From Candidatus Altiarchaeota archaeon (GTDB lineage: Archaea; Altiarchaeota; Altiarchaeia; IMC4; QMZM01): a DNA stretch of 43,766 nt. The stretch covers positions 1 through 43,766 of the forward strand of contig DAOVSE010000001.1 in assembly GCA_030633595.1 (NCBI GenBank). The letters are read 5' to 3'. Positions within the stretch are counted from its first letter, which is position 1; each line of letters starts with the position of its first letter. Under the pieces are notes generated by a model, which made no database searches, was not told where the DNA came from, and was given only the letters and a program-made list of their open reading frames with translations. Made by a program: the position numbers and the translations under genes. This document shows, in pieces, positions 42,502 to 43,766 of the stretch.

Positions 42502-43766
42502 ATGAAGGAGCAAGAATTTGAAAAATTACTGAGGGACAGAGAGAACAAGGATCTGGATTTCAAGCTGGATCTTCCTAAGTCAGGAAACGTTGCTGAGTTA
42601 GTTACTGCCCTCTACAATAGCAGGGGTGGGAAGATTATTCTGGGCGTAGATGATGACAGAAATCCCATAGGTCTAAAAGATCCACAGGGGGTGGAACATA
42701 AATTCACCCAGATCATAAGGTATTACTGTAAGTTGGATGAGGATCCAGGGATAGAGTTTGTAAGGTATATGGAGAAAGACTTCATAGTGATTCACTGCCC
42801 CAAGGGAAGGAACACTCCCTGCCTTGTAAAAAATCAGTTAAAACCAAGGATTAGGACTGGCTCATCCAACATGCCAGCAAACAAAGAAGAGATTGCAAGA
42901 CTTTACAGGGAGGGTTCTACCGAAAGCCAAGACATTTACCCAGTGAAAAATGCTACTCTGGATGATCTAAATCTAAGAAAGATCAGGAAATATTTCAAGG
43001 AAAGCAGACTAACCGTTCAGTTGAAGGGTAAGTATTTTCATGACCTGCTGAAAAAGGAAAACTTCGTTGTTGAGGAAAACGGAAAGTTAACACCGACAGC
43101 TGCTGGGGTACTTCTTTTTGGAAAACCCCCTCAAGTAAGTCTTTCCTGCAGTACAATTCTTGCAGATAGATATCAAGGCGTAGATATGATTAGATGGATC
43201 GATAAAAGAGAATTGGATGGAACAATCTTTGAATTGATAGATAAGGCAGAAAAATTCTTCTTGGAGAATATGAGGACTGCTGCGTGGTCGAAGGGTTTTA
43301 AAACAATTCATAGGACGGAATATCCTATCGAAGCCCTGAAAGAGGCAGTAGTAAATGCCCTCGCCCATAGGGATTATTTCTTTGGAGAGAACATCTTGAT
43401 AAGGATGTTTGATGACAGGGTTGAAATTTTAAGCCCCGGTGAATTGCTGAGACCTCTAACGATCAAACAATTAGAGGATTTGACCTATGACCCCAAGTCC
43501 CGAAATAGAACGATTGTTGATGTCCTCATGAGACGGAGGCTTATGGATAAGAGAGGGTCTGGAATCATACGCATGAACAACTTCATGAGAGAATGGGATT
43601 TGGAAAAACCAACTTTCAGGGAAAGAACCGGGTATTTTACGATTATCTTCAGGGGCCCTGGAAAGCCTATTCTGAAGGTTCCCGATGAACGACTTAGTGG
43701 GTTGAATGAGAGACAAAGGGAGATAATTAGATGTATAGAGAAACATGAAACTATGACTATTGGTGA
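42502..43766 (+). CDS. second COG2865-type Schlafen/AlbA_2 + HATPase_c_4-like protein (3' end beyond the window)
   Basis: Open frame from the ATG at 42502 to the window edge. It is missing from the ORF track because it has no stop. Motifs: DLDFKLDLPKSGNVAELVTALYNSRGGKIILGV, AVVNALAHRDY, RNRTIVDVLMRRRLMDKRGSGIIRM. Confidence 0.8.
   Translation, partial: MKEQEFEKLLRDRENKDLDFKLDLPKSGNVAELVTALYNSRGGKIILGVDDDRNPIGLKDPQGVEHKFTQIIRYYCKLDEDPGIEFVRYMEKDFIVIHCPKGRNTPCLVKNQLKPRIRTGSSNMPANKEEIARLYREGSTESQDIYPVKNATLDDLNLRKIRKYFKESRLTVQLKGKYFHDLLKKENFVVEENGKLTPTAAGVLLFGKPPQVSLSCSTILADRYQGVDMIRWIDKRELDGTIFELIDKAEKFFLENMRTAAWSKGFKTIHRTEYPIEALKEAVVNALAHRDYFFGENILIRMFDDRVEILSPGELLRPLTIKQLEDLTYDPKSRNRTIVDVLMRRRLMDKRGSGIIRMNNFMREWDLEKPTFRERTGYFTIIFRGPGKPILKVPDERLSGLNERQREIIRCIEKHETMTIG

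Overview
This is an archaeal chromosomal segment. The evidence is the eukaryote-like r-proteins L44e, S27e, L21e and L37Ae, plus RpoF, RpoP, Alba, RFC small subunit, prefoldin alpha and beta, Pcc1, RNase P Pop5, archease, and a tRNA with a BHB-type intron. The host looks like an anaerobe with methanogen-type sulfur metabolism. One operon carries the COG1900-CBS homocysteine enzyme, a NIL-ferredoxin and a COG2122/UPF0280 protein. A second cluster carries nadA, a LarE-like PP-loop ATPase, a cysteine desulfurase and SepCysS. Many gene junctions are 4-nt ATGA overlaps. Housekeeping genes include ileS, aspS, topA, ftsY, rpiA, leuC/hacA, argB, nadA and rfcS. They are interrupted by small accessory islets: a decayed type I R-M / DUF1016 / Schlafen-like COG2865 / PIN region (about 19.3-23.3 kb), a decayed toxin-antitoxin islet (about 29.3-30.6 kb), and a 1-kb cassette bracketed by 46-bp direct repeats. 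The most unusual signal is a family of intergenic arrays of short consecutive stem-loops found in at least six spacers. The arrays share sequence modules, and three are bracketed by 10-12 nt direct repeats. In one case, removing the array in silico restores an ATGA-coupled pcc1/pfdB junction, which argues that these are mobile or insertional elements of an undescribed kind. Other items are tandemly duplicated 4-Cys zinc-ribbon genes inside the homocysteine operon, a candidate C/D box sRNA, a tRNA-Ile(GAU) with a 105-nt intron, and a Cys/Thr-rich surface protein. All calls come from reading the sequence and recalling family motifs. No database search was run.
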